This document shows, in pieces, positions 39,373-48,270 of a DNA stretch of 64,000 bases. The notes under the pieces were generated by a model. That model was not told the origin of the DNA and made no database searches. It was given only the letters and a program-made list of their open reading frames with translations. The stretch is from an uncultured Thermoplasmata archaeon (GTDB lineage: Archaea; Thermoplasmatota; Thermoplasmata; UBA10834), in NCBI GenBank assembly GCA_963719945.1, contig CAVRDX010000001.1, forward strand, positions 736,001-800,000. Direction: 5' to 3'. The translations under genes were made by a program, and so were the position numbers. Each line of letters starts with the position of its first letter. Positions within the stretch are counted from its first letter, which is position 1.

Positions 39373-40710
39373 TTATTCAGCGTCTCGGTCGTCCCTTCTA
39401 CGATGCATCATGACGAAGATGGACATCGTTGCCACAACAAGGACGACGATACCAAGTGATCCGAACTCAGGAATTGCTATCGTCCCTGACGCATACATCA
39501 AATCGTTCCTTGTTGCATCGAAGTAGCAGATATGGATTCCATCAACAGAATCGATTGCGATGGAAGTACCGTAGCTGCCGACGTCTCCATCGCTCGCAAC
39601 GATTTCCGCAGTCCAAGATCCACCATTGTTCGTGGTGCACTTCAGATCCTGGTTTGTGGCGGCGTAATACGATATGTACACATTGTCCATCGAGTCCAAT
39701 GCTATCGACGAGTATGATCCGACATCGCCGACCGTGTCCAAAGAGGTGATCACCCAGGAGCCATCAGCGTTCGTCACATATCTGAGGTCGCTGCTTGAAG
39801 TGTCTTTGTAGCTGATGTGAACCTTATCGCTGGAATCGATTGCGATGGACGTGAAAGCACCTGAATAGGTCATGGTATTCAGATCGATGGACACCCACGA
39901 CCCAGTCACGTTGGTTGCGTATCTCAAACAGACGGAAGTAAGCGCATAGTAACTGATGTGTATGTGATTGCCTGAATCGACTGCGATAGAGGAGTACTGA
40001 CCCGCGGCGTCTGCATCCACCGTAGTGCATGCCCAAGATCCGCCCGCATCAGTAGCATACTTCAGATCGGAGTCGGTGCCGCCGACATAATAGCTGATAT
40101 GGACCTTGTCATTCGAATCAATAGCTATCGAAGTCTGTTGACCAACCCATGGCAAGGTATCCACGGCTGTAATTGCCCAGGAACCGCCTTTGTTAGTCGC
40201 ATACCAGAGATCGTATGTGGACAAATCAGTGTAACTGATGTGCACATATCCATTCGAATCCAAGGCAATTGAGCTGTACAAGCCTGTGAATCCCGTCACA
40301 TCCACGGTTTCCGTTGACCAAGAACCTCCTTCGTTCGTCGCATAGATCAGGTCGTAGCTCGCCGTGTCAAGATAACTAACGTGAGCAAAGCCATTTGAAT
40401 CCAATGCCATCGAAGGGTATTGCAGCTGGCTGTCTGAATCTTTCACGACTGAGTAAGACCAGCTGCCTGCATCGAATGCGACGGCCTTTTGAGATGAATC
40501 GCTCGACGAATTGAAGGCCATGACAACTGCGATTGCAGACGATGCGATCAGAATCGATGCGATCACAGACACCTTGAGCCAGGAGCGTGCCTGTCGAGTT
40601 GGTCCCTTACGGACATTCCTCGTCTTTGCACCAGGATAAAGACTGAGATGCTCGTGCATTCGTGGGTTCGTATCATTGCCGCCAAAGTGTGTTCCCTTGT
40701 CTCTGACCAT
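39373..40710 (-). CDS. Cell-surface beta-propeller protein with PEF(G)-CTERM-type sorting signal
   Basis: N-terminal hydrophobic segment; 7 repeats of about 47 aa (S.A.DS....H.SY......L.YATN..GSW); C-terminal IPEFG + TM + HRRR. Confidence 0.85.
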   Translation of the reverse strand: MVRDKGTHFGGNDTNPRMHEHLSLYPGAKTRNVRKGPTRQARSWLKVSVIASILIASSAIAVVMAFNSSSDSSQKAVAFDAGSWSYSVVKDSDSQLQYPSMALDSNGFAHVSYLDTASYDLIYATNEGGSWSTETVDVTGFTGLYSSIALDSNGYVHISYTDLSTYDLWYATNKGGSWAITAVDTLPWVGQQTSIAIDSNDKVHISYYVGGTDSDLKYATDAGGSWACTTVDADAAGQYSSIAVDSGNHIHISYYALTSVCLRYATNVTGSWVSIDLNTMTYSGAFTSIAIDSSDKVHISYKDTSSSDLRYVTNADGSWVITSLDTVGDVGSYSSIALDSMDNVYISYYAATNQDLKCTTNNGGSWTAEIVASDGDVGSYGTSIAIDSVDGIHICYFDATRNDLMYASGTIAIPEFGSLGIVVLVVATMSIFVMMHRRRDDRDAE

Positions 40711-40957
40711 TTGTATACACCGGAACCTAACTGGCGTACCATGACACTCAGGTTATATTACCCCCATGAGGCACTTAGATTTGAGTAGTGCGAAACGCAA
40801 ATTCATCGCAGTCAATCGAGACTTCAGCATGCGTGCAAGTGGAGACATCGGTCTGCGTCATTGTGCATCATCCCGCCCCGACGCGCAGCTGAACGACTCG
40901 CACAATCGTTCTTGGAAAGAATTAAGCCAATAATTGCAATAGGTGTGATGAAAAAGC

Positions 40958-41440
40958 GTGGTTGTGGACATAGTGCAGAAGAAGAGCATTTGGAGCATTG
41001 CTGCGGTCATATCGGTCATCAGCCTACTGATCATGGTAGCATATGTCCTCACATTCTCGACCGTGACCGTCCAAGGGACCGTTGATCACAAGACGATTAC
41101 CGGGACCAAGGACAACATCGAGTATACTCTGGTCGTCTTCACAATAGCCAGCTTCGAAATCAGAGACCCTGGGCTGGAGCCGCTCTTCAGCAATCACGAT
41201 GCCAATTACACGGTAACTCAAGCGATGGAGCAGGAGATGCTCAATCTCGGATACTCGGAGATAAACTACTTCGCTGACATTCGAGTTATATCTGAGGACC
41301 CTGTGAACCATGTCGAGCCTGGTGAGCTCCTGGAATACTCGGTCAAGAGGACGGACTTCAACTCATTGAGAATCGGAGAGAAGATGAGTTTCGAAGTGGA
41401 AAAGATGACATCCGCCACGATCCGGGAAGTCCATGATTAG
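40958..41440 (+). CDS. Hypothetical protein with N-terminal membrane anchor
   Basis: One N-terminal TM followed by a beta-rich domain; AGGTG upstream; fills the intergenic space. Confidence 0.7.
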   Translation: MVVDIVQKKSIWSIAAVISVISLLIMVAYVLTFSTVTVQGTVDHKTITGTKDNIEYTLVVFTIASFEIRDPGLEPLFSNHDANYTVTQAMEQEMLNLGYSEINYFADIRVISEDPVNHVEPGELLEYSVKRTDFNSLRIGEKMSFEVEKMTSATIREVHD

Positions 41441-41465
41441 AAGACAATAGTTCAGACAAGTCCAT

Positions 41466-42518
41466 TCATGGTTTCTGGGCAACGCGGTGTTTTGTCAGAT
41501 TGACGAGAAATTGCTCTATCTTCGTAACGCGTCCATTCATACGGTTCAGATTGTCCCTTATGTCAGCGACAGCAAGGACAATCTCCTTCGCGACATCAGG
41601 TTTGTCCTTCAGACCCAGGAGCGCATCCTCGAGACGTTTCAGGCGCTCTTCCAGATCTGCGGGAGCGTCCTCGATTTTCAACGAGTTGATCTGGTTCTGG
41701 AGTTCCTCGAACCCCTTGTCGATCTTCCTATCTGAAGAAGACAGTACGACCGCGAGGCCTTTCCCGACCTTCTCGTCCATCACCGTGTGAAACTCAGTGA
41801 GGCCTTTGGTTATTGCCTGTTCGAGTTGCTCGACCTTCTGGTCCTGGACTTCGACACGTCTTATGATATCGGACATGTCCCCCAGGTCCCTGCAGATAGT
41901 CTCCAGTAGTTCCTTCTCCTTTAGGTCGATATTGACTTCGACGGGGGTTGTCGGATAGTTTCTGAGAGCATCGATCATGCCGACCATATCGATCTCAGGG
42001 CCCGCGTTCCGTATGGCATTCTTGATCGGCTGCAGCTTGGACAGCTGCATATCCGCAAGCTTGAGTATGCTCTTGTTTCCCTTCTCGACGCTGCTGAGTT
42101 CCTCCAGTATCTTCTCGAGCTGGACTACTGCTTTGGCGACATTGGAATCCTCAAGGGAGCGTATGTCACGGATCGCATCCTTCTTCCCCTTGGCAATCGC
42201 ATCTGCGACTGTCGGTCCCTCATGAGCATAGACCGTCACCAGGTGAGAAACGCCAGACATGACCTTGCTCTCGACATAGTGCCAGTCCTTCTCGTGCACG
42301 ATTATGCTCTGCTTGTCTGCCCGCTCGAATAGCATGACGAACGAATGATTAGGCATCATGCATGCCTCGATCTCATAAGGAGAATTGCGAGCGAGCGATG
42401 GCACGTGCTCGGGCTTCTCTCGTTCGACGGCGTTCATATATGCGCCGATGTAGGCACTTGAATAGTTCTCAAGAGCCTTCTTTGAGGGGAGGCGGGCTTT
42501 TCCTGCTAAATCTTCCAT
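41466..42518 (-). CDS. Hypothetical coiled-coil protein
   Basis: Long uninterrupted ORF; globular N-terminus and heptad-rich C-terminal two-thirds; start uncertain (42518 or 42581). Confidence 0.8.
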   Translation of the reverse strand: MEDLAGKARLPSKKALENYSSAYIGAYMNAVEREKPEHVPSLARNSPYEIEACMMPNHSFVMLFERADKQSIIVHEKDWHYVESKVMSGVSHLVTVYAHEGPTVADAIAKGKKDAIRDIRSLEDSNVAKAVVQLEKILEELSSVEKGNKSILKLADMQLSKLQPIKNAIRNAGPEIDMVGMIDALRNYPTTPVEVNIDLKEKELLETICRDLGDMSDIIRRVEVQDQKVEQLEQAITKGLTEFHTVMDEKVGKGLAVVLSSSDRKIDKGFEELQNQINSLKIEDAPADLEERLKRLEDALLGLKDKPDVAKEIVLAVADIRDNLNRMNGRVTKIEQFLVNLTKHRVAQKP

Positions 42519-42763
42519 CTGCGTATCGCGTAAGGTAGGTAAGCCATAATGAGCTTTTTCATATCCCCGTGCCTGATTCACTCCGCTGCGAACAACGTGT
42601 GATAGGAACCTGGACCAGCGATTCGACTCACTGACGACGATGCATCATCTATCCACGATAGGAAAATCTTATGTATCGCGCTTCGCATCAGATGTCCTCA
42701 CCGGAAGGATTAGACGGAAGTCACGATTCTTCAACTGATTTGATTCCACTGGCTGGTGATCGC

Positions 42764-43579
42764 TTGAGCATAATTCAATCGAAACGATACATCAAGAAGA
42801 TAGGGCTGATCGGCGACTCAGGAGTGGGCAAGACCTCTCTGATCCGACGATTCGTGATAGATGTCTTTGATGACAAATACATCGCCACCATCGGGACCAA
42901 GGTCAGTAAGAGAGATATTGAGTTCAAACACCCTGACAAGACGGTCTATCTGACTCTCATGATATGGGACATCTTGGGCCAGAAGGACTACAAGAAGATG
43001 AGGGCTCAGGGGATGAGCGGGTCCCATGGGATAGTCATCGCCTGCGATTTGAGCAGGCCGGCGACAGTCGAGTCAGTGGAACAGTTCTGGCTGCCAGAGG
43101 TATGGGACATCCTGGGAACCATACCGATAGTGTTCGTTGGCAACAAGATCGATCTCGCAGGTCCTGATTCAACCACAAAGGAACAGCTAATCAAGATTGC
43201 CGAAAAAACGGAGATGCCAGTCATATTCAGCAGCGCGAAGACGGGCACGAGCGTCGAGGATGCTTTCAGAAAGATAGGGGAAATGATGATATCTGGCGAA
43301 TATGTCGAGAAGAAACCCCTATTCGAAGGTGGCTCCCTGGCCCAGGCGGTTGATGAGATCGTGTCCGATTTCTGCGAGCAATATGGCGATACTGGCCGTG
43401 CGATGGAGATCGTCGATAGGGAGTTCAGCAAGGCCAAGGTCAATATACAGAAGCCATCCAAGGACAGCTTATTGATGGCGATCGAGTACCTGTCCGATAT
43501 CGAGCGGGACATCCACGGACGGGACGTCTCCGAAGTGAACAAGCTCCGAAGATGGAAGATGATCGACGAGGCCGATTAG
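42764..43579 (+). CDS. Ras-superfamily (Rab-like) small GTPase with C-terminal helical extension
   Basis: G1 GDSGVGKTS, G2 YIATIG, G3 WDILGQ, G4 NKID, G5 SAKTG; GGTGA RBS before TTG. Confidence 0.92.
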   Translation: MSIIQSKRYIKKIGLIGDSGVGKTSLIRRFVIDVFDDKYIATIGTKVSKRDIEFKHPDKTVYLTLMIWDILGQKDYKKMRAQGMSGSHGIVIACDLSRPATVESVEQFWLPEVWDILGTIPIVFVGNKIDLAGPDSTTKEQLIKIAEKTEMPVIFSSAKTGTSVEDAFRKIGEMMISGEYVEKKPLFEGGSLAQAVDEIVSDFCEQYGDTGRAMEIVDREFSKAKVNIQKPSKDSLLMAIEYLSDIERDIHGRDVSEVNKLRRWKMIDEAD

Positions 43580-43601
43580 AGATAGGCTCGGTCGTGGTCA
43601 G

Positions 43602-44204
43602 ATGCTCCTCAAGAAGCGAAGGCTGGAAATCACCCTTCAGAAGCTGAAACCCCTGGAATCACGCACCCCGAGGCTTGAGCAGTACCCGACACCGGCGACA
43701 CTCGCGGCAGATATATTGTGGGAGGCCGTGTCCGCCGGTGACATCTGTGATAAGACAGTAGCCGATCTGGGTTGCGGGAACGGGATATTCTGTCTAGGTG
43801 CGAAGCTTCTCGGAGCGAAGAGGTCGGTCGGGATTGATATCGACCCCATGGCGATCAAGGTTGCCAGAGAGAATGCCGAGGCGCTCATCTTGGACATCGA
43901 ACTCACTGAGGGAGACGTGTCTACATTGTCAGGCGAATTCGACACTGTTGTACAAAATCCGCCCTTCGGGTCCCAGAACAAGCATGCCGACAGAGAATTC
44001 ATCAAGAAATCCATCGAACTGGCCCCCAGGGTGTATTCGCTGCATAACGAAGGCACTGAACCATTCGTGGCAGACATGGTCAGGAGCCTCGGGGGACGAT
44101 GCGACCCTATAAAAAGGTATAAATTCGAGATTCCATATGCGTTCGAGTTTCACAGAAAGGCTAGCGAGACGATTCCAGTCGTTCTGTTGAGGTTTGAAAG
44201 ATAG
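43602..44204 (+). CDS. METTL5-family N6-adenine RNA methyltransferase
   Basis: LEQYPTP, DLGCGNG, NPPFG, AD..F, YSLH. Confidence 0.93.
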   Translation: MLLKKRRLEITLQKLKPLESRTPRLEQYPTPATLAADILWEAVSAGDICDKTVADLGCGNGIFCLGAKLLGAKRSVGIDIDPMAIKVARENAEALILDIELTEGDVSTLSGEFDTVVQNPPFGSQNKHADREFIKKSIELAPRVYSLHNEGTEPFVADMVRSLGGRCDPIKRYKFEIPYAFEFHRKASETIPVVLLRFER

Positions 44205-44792
44205 GTGATCTATCTGTCACGAACTGGCCGAAAAGTACTACCGGGAGACGAAGTCGCTATTGCAGAGGAATACATGTCTGGTGAGGGCACCTACGAAGCT
44301 GATGGCAAGGTTTACGCGAGCGCCGTCGGCGAACTCGACCTGGACTCGAGTGAGAAGACCGCTAGAGTGATTCTTGAGAACCCTCCAGTCGTCCTCATGG
44401 AGGGGGATGTCGTATTCGCGGATGTCACTGACACCAAACCCGCGATGGCCATATGCTCCATCGTCGCACAGGAGGGCAAGAAGAGATCGGTATCCAGCGA
44501 GACGCTTGCATCAATCCATGTGTCCAAGATCGCATCGTCCTACGTCGAGGATGCAGGCGATCTTCTCAGGGCAGGGGACCTGGTCAGAGCCCAGGTGATA
44601 CAGGCAGAACCTTCAGTTCAGCTGACGACATCAGGACCTCATTTCGGGGTCATACGAGCGCTTTGCACTGTTTGCAGGAAGCCTTTGGAGCGCAAGGGCA
44701 GGGACCTGTGGTGTACCCGGTGCGAGCACGATGAGAGACGCAAGCTGGCTGACGATTACAGAGAATTCGAACTGACGAAGCCAAAACACTAA
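44205..44792 (+). CDS. csl4: Exosome complex RNA-binding protein Csl4
   Basis: VLPGD....EEY..GEGTYE, S1 domain, GD.VRA.V, Zn ribbon CTVC..CTRC..ERRK. Confidence 0.94.
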   Translation: MIYLSRTGRKVLPGDEVAIAEEYMSGEGTYEADGKVYASAVGELDLDSSEKTARVILENPPVVLMEGDVVFADVTDTKPAMAICSIVAQEGKKRSVSSETLASIHVSKIASSYVEDAGDLLRAGDLVRAQVIQAEPSVQLTTSGPHFGVIRALCTVCRKPLERKGRDLWCTRCEHDERRKLADDYREFELTKPKH

Positions 44793-44829
44793 ATCAGTGA
44801 TAGCAGATTGACTGAAGAGGGGGGCCGCA

Positions 44830-45012
44830 TTGACAAACAGTGATGAAAAACAATTGCTTGCCGAGATCGCGCACCTTAGGGATGACCTGAAACAACTTAG
44901 AGAAATTGTGAACGTGCTGGTCAACGTCGTCATGGAAGATGACTACGACGACGATGAGCAGGAATTCCCCGCATTCTCCGGGAACGACAGCAAGTTCCAG
45001 ATATACAACTGA
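44830..45012 (+). CDS. Small hypothetical protein (coiled coil, acidic linker, C-terminal IYN)
   Basis: RBS GAGGGGGG before TTG; fills the gap between csl4 and glyA. Confidence 0.75.
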   Translation: MTNSDEKQLLAEIAHLRDDLKQLREIVNVLVNVVMEDDYDDDEQEFPAFSGNDSKFQIYN

Positions 45013-45044
45013 GCAGACGACAAATCGATAAACTCGGCCCGCAT

Positions 45045-46277
45045 ATGGGAGCTCGTGTTGTCATGAAGAGTTCTTACTTTCTAGACAGGATGAGAGAGCA
45101 GGAGCACTGGCGCCTGGAAGAATCAATCAACCTACTCCCATCAGAGAACATGGCAAGCCCCCAGGTACGGGCACTCCTCTCCTCTGATTTTGGCCATAGG
45201 TACACACTACCAGTGAACGCGGAGTTTGCGGGCGCTTACGTGGAGAATTCATATCGAGGAACCAGGATCACGACCGAGGTCGAGCTGAAATGTGAGGAGG
45301 CTGCCTGCGACGTGTTCGGGTCCAGGTACGCCTGCGTGCAGCCAATGGGAGGGCATATCGCCGCAATGATTGTCATAGCGTCCACCACGAAGAGAGGGGA
45401 CACCATGTCCGCGATACCGGTCGAAGTGGGAGGATACGACGGCTACGGGCAGGGGTACATACCAGACATATTCGGCCTGAAAGCGCATTCGCTGCCATTC
45501 GACGCTGCGAAGCAGAACTTGGATTCTGCAGCTGTAGCACAGGAGATCAGGAAGGTCAAGCCCCAACTTGTCATCTTGGGAGCATCGTTCATCCTATTTC
45601 CATATGACATGAAGCCGATCAAGGAGGCCTGCAGGAGCGCTGGCTCGAAACTGGCCTATGACGGATCACATGTACTAGGATTGATAGCCGGCGGACAGTT
45701 CCAGAATCCGCTCAAGGAAGGGGCGGATGCACTCTTCGGCTCGACCCACAAGAGCTTCTTCGGGCCGCAGGGAGGGCTCATTGTGACCAACAGCAAAGAA
45801 GTGGATGCTAGTGTCCGCAAGAACCTCACATGGAGGATCGTCGATAACGTGCACTGGAACAGGGTCGCGGCACTCGGGCAGGCGCTGCTGGAGATGAAGA
45901 GGTTCGGGCCACAGTATGCCAATCAAGTGGTCAAGAACTCAAAGCGATTCGGAAAGGAACTGTACGAGAGAGGATTCCCGTTGATGTTCGAGGATCTTGG
46001 TTTTTCGGAATCACATCAGTTGCTCATAGACCAGCAGAAGACGACCGAAGTCTTTGGAATGAGCATGAATGACCTCTCGGTAACATTAGAAAGATCCAAC
46101 CTAATAATCGATTCCGTGGGAAGATTGGGTACTGCAGAGGTCACCAGGCTAGGCCTGAAGGAGAAGGACATGCCCGAACTGGCAGACATGTTCATGGATG
46201 CTGCAAAAGGCAAGAACATGAAGAAGCAGGTCAGGAGATTCAGGGATCGGTTCACGATGGCATACAGGTTCGCATGA
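45045..46277 (+). CDS. glyA: Serine hydroxymethyltransferase
   Basis: INLLPSEN, YDGSHVLGLIAGG, PLP-lysine motif GSTHKSFFGPQGG, ESHQ, GTAEVTRLG. Confidence 0.92.
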   Translation: MGARVVMKSSYFLDRMREQEHWRLEESINLLPSENMASPQVRALLSSDFGHRYTLPVNAEFAGAYVENSYRGTRITTEVELKCEEAACDVFGSRYACVQPMGGHIAAMIVIASTTKRGDTMSAIPVEVGGYDGYGQGYIPDIFGLKAHSLPFDAAKQNLDSAAVAQEIRKVKPQLVILGASFILFPYDMKPIKEACRSAGSKLAYDGSHVLGLIAGGQFQNPLKEGADALFGSTHKSFFGPQGGLIVTNSKEVDASVRKNLTWRIVDNVHWNRVAALGQALLEMKRFGPQYANQVVKNSKRFGKELYERGFPLMFEDLGFSESHQLLIDQQKTTEVFGMSMNDLSVTLERSNLIIDSVGRLGTAEVTRLGLKEKDMPELADMFMDAAKGKNMKKQVRRFRDRFTMAYRFA

Positions 46278-46348
46278 TTATGCAGCAAGAGGGGCCACCC
46301 TGGCAGTGAAAGCAATTAATACGGGTCCAGACCATCTCAGCCTGAACC

Positions 46349-47107
46349 ATGGAAGACAGATATTCTAGACAGATACTTCTCCCGGAAATAGGAGCAGAAG
46401 GTCAGAAGAGATTGGCCCATTCGAAGGCGGTTGTCATCGGTTGTGGCGCTCTCGGAACTCATTCATTGTCGTACCTTGTGAGAGCGGGTGTCGGCAGCGT
46501 GAGCGTTGTCGACAGAGATGTCGTCGATGTCACCAACCTGCAGAGGCAGACGATGTTCGAGGAAACGGATGTCGGCAGGCCAAAGGCGCATGTAGCCGTC
46601 GAGCATCTGAAGAAGATCAACTCATCCATTGAAATCACAGGTCTACATGTCGATGTCAATCCAGACAACATAGAGAACATCATCCTCGGAGCCTCAGTGG
46701 TGGTAGATGCCACTGATAACATGGAGACCAGGTTCCTGGTCAATGATGTATGCGTGAAGAATGGTATCCCATGGGTCTATGGGGGTGCTGTAGGAGTCAG
46801 CGGGATGGTCCTGGTCATCAAAGGTGATGGACCCTGCCTCAGATGCGCTTTCCCGAAACTGCCCGCTCCTGGAGAGCTACCGACTTGCGATACCGTCGGC
46901 ATAGCGAACACTCTGCCAGGAGTCGTTGCAGCCATGGAAGTCACGGAAGCGTTCAAGATAATGATGGACAAGGACCATACAAAGGAACTCATGATACTGG
47001 ACATATGGAACCAGGAGGTTCAGAAGATAAAGCTCAAGAAGAACCCTGATTGTGATTGTTGCGGAAGGCACAACTACGAATATCTAGCTGCGCCTAGTAG
47101 GAAGTAG
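46349..47107 (+). CDS. ThiF/MoeB/UbaA (E1-like) adenylyltransferase
   Basis: RYSRQ, GCGALG, DRD.V...NLQRQ, DATDN..TR, PCLRC, active-site TC, C-terminal CDCC. Confidence 0.94.
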   Translation: MEDRYSRQILLPEIGAEGQKRLAHSKAVVIGCGALGTHSLSYLVRAGVGSVSVVDRDVVDVTNLQRQTMFEETDVGRPKAHVAVEHLKKINSSIEITGLHVDVNPDNIENIILGASVVVDATDNMETRFLVNDVCVKNGIPWVYGGAVGVSGMVLVIKGDGPCLRCAFPKLPAPGELPTCDTVGIANTLPGVVAAMEVTEAFKIMMDKDHTKELMILDIWNQEVQKIKLKKNPDCDCCGRHNYEYLAAPSRK

Positions 47108-47119
47108 GTCGGTGATCCA

Positions 47120-47749
47120 TTGAAAGGCATCGTTCTGCTGTCAGGAGGAATAGATTCTCCCGTGGCGGCATATCTGATGGCAAGACAGGGGATGGACCTC
47201 ATCCTTGTGCATTTCGACAACAGACCATTCACAAGCGATGCGGAGACAGACAAGGCCAAGGCGTTGATGACACAGCTGGATAAGGCTACAGGCAAGAAGC
47301 ATACCAAGCTGATGGTCCCGCATGGCCCTACACAGTCGGAGATCGCGAGGAACTGCAGGAGCAATATCCAGTGCGTCCTCTGCAGACGAACAATGCTCAG
47401 AGTAGCCGAGAGGTTGGCCGCAAAGCACGATGCAGGTTTCATCATAACAGGAGAGTCGATGGGACAGGTAGCGTCCCAGACCCTTGCGAACATCCTCGTT
47501 GAAGAGAACGCAACCTCACTGCCAGTTCTCAGACCATTGATAGGTTATGACAAGGTGGAGATTGAGCGGATCGCCAAGGAGATCGGCACTTATGAGATAT
47601 CAATCCTCCCTGGAGCATGTTGTGCGGTCGCGCCCAACAAACCGTCCACCTACAGCAAGCTAAAGCCCACCCTCGAAGAAGAAGGAAAGGTGGACCTCGA
47701 GCAGCTAGTGGAGCTGGAGGCAGCGAATGCATATAGCATCTTGGAGTGA
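47120..47749 (+). CDS. thiI: ThiI-type thiouridine synthase catalytic domain only (no THUMP)
   Basis: PP-loop SGGIDS, CVLCRR.M, TGESMGQVASQTL.N, RPLIG.DK.EI, GTYE.S...CC; own GGTGA RBS. Confidence 0.85.
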   Translation: MKGIVLLSGGIDSPVAAYLMARQGMDLILVHFDNRPFTSDAETDKAKALMTQLDKATGKKHTKLMVPHGPTQSEIARNCRSNIQCVLCRRTMLRVAERLAAKHDAGFIITGESMGQVASQTLANILVEENATSLPVLRPLIGYDKVEIERIAKEIGTYEISILPGACCAVAPNKPSTYSKLKPTLEEEGKVDLEQLVELEAANAYSILE

Positions 47750-47755
47750 GGTGGC

Positions 47756-48247
47756 ATGAAGGGGCTAGTACTGGACTCCTCCGCGCTGTACTATGGCAAA
47801 GACCTCCCCGATGGATATGAATTGATCATCTCCCCAGGAGTCGTCAGGGAGTTGGAGAAGGAAGGAATGGGCCCGCGGCTGGAATTCCTTTTGGCGTCAA
47901 AACTGAGGGTGTATTCCCCTGAAGAGAAGCACATCGAGAAGGCAAAGCTAGCAGCCAGAGCGACTGGCGACATTTCTAGATTGTCTAATACGGACATCGA
48001 GGTGTTGGCTCTGGCACTCGAGACAGGCTATCAATTAGTGACCGATGACTATTCCATCCAGAACACTGCAGCCGAGCTCGGGGTGCCATGCAGAGGGCTC
48101 GACCAGAGAGGCATCACGAGCGTATGGCATTGGGAGGCGAGATGCATCGGCTGCGGGAAGACTTTCGAATCGAATGTCGATGTCTGCGACATATGCGGAA
48201 GCGGCACCAAATCTTCAAGGAAGAGGAAAACGCGAACGAAGGGTTGA
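47756..48247 (+). CDS. nob1: Nob1 endonuclease (PIN domain plus Zn ribbon)
   Basis: VLDSSA, TGD...LS.TD, TDDYSIQN, CIGC..CDICG. Confidence 0.93.
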   Translation: MKGLVLDSSALYYGKDLPDGYELIISPGVVRELEKEGMGPRLEFLLASKLRVYSPEEKHIEKAKLAARATGDISRLSNTDIEVLALALETGYQLVTDDYSIQNTAAELGVPCRGLDQRGITSVWHWEARCIGCGKTFESNVDVCDICGSGTKSSRKRKTRTKG

Positions 48248-48270
48248 GTTTTCGCACCCAGCTCCAGATT

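Noticed and set aside
39211-42518. Integrated element at tRNA-Val
   Set aside because: No integrase, no duplicated tRNA 3' end seen, and no mobile genes
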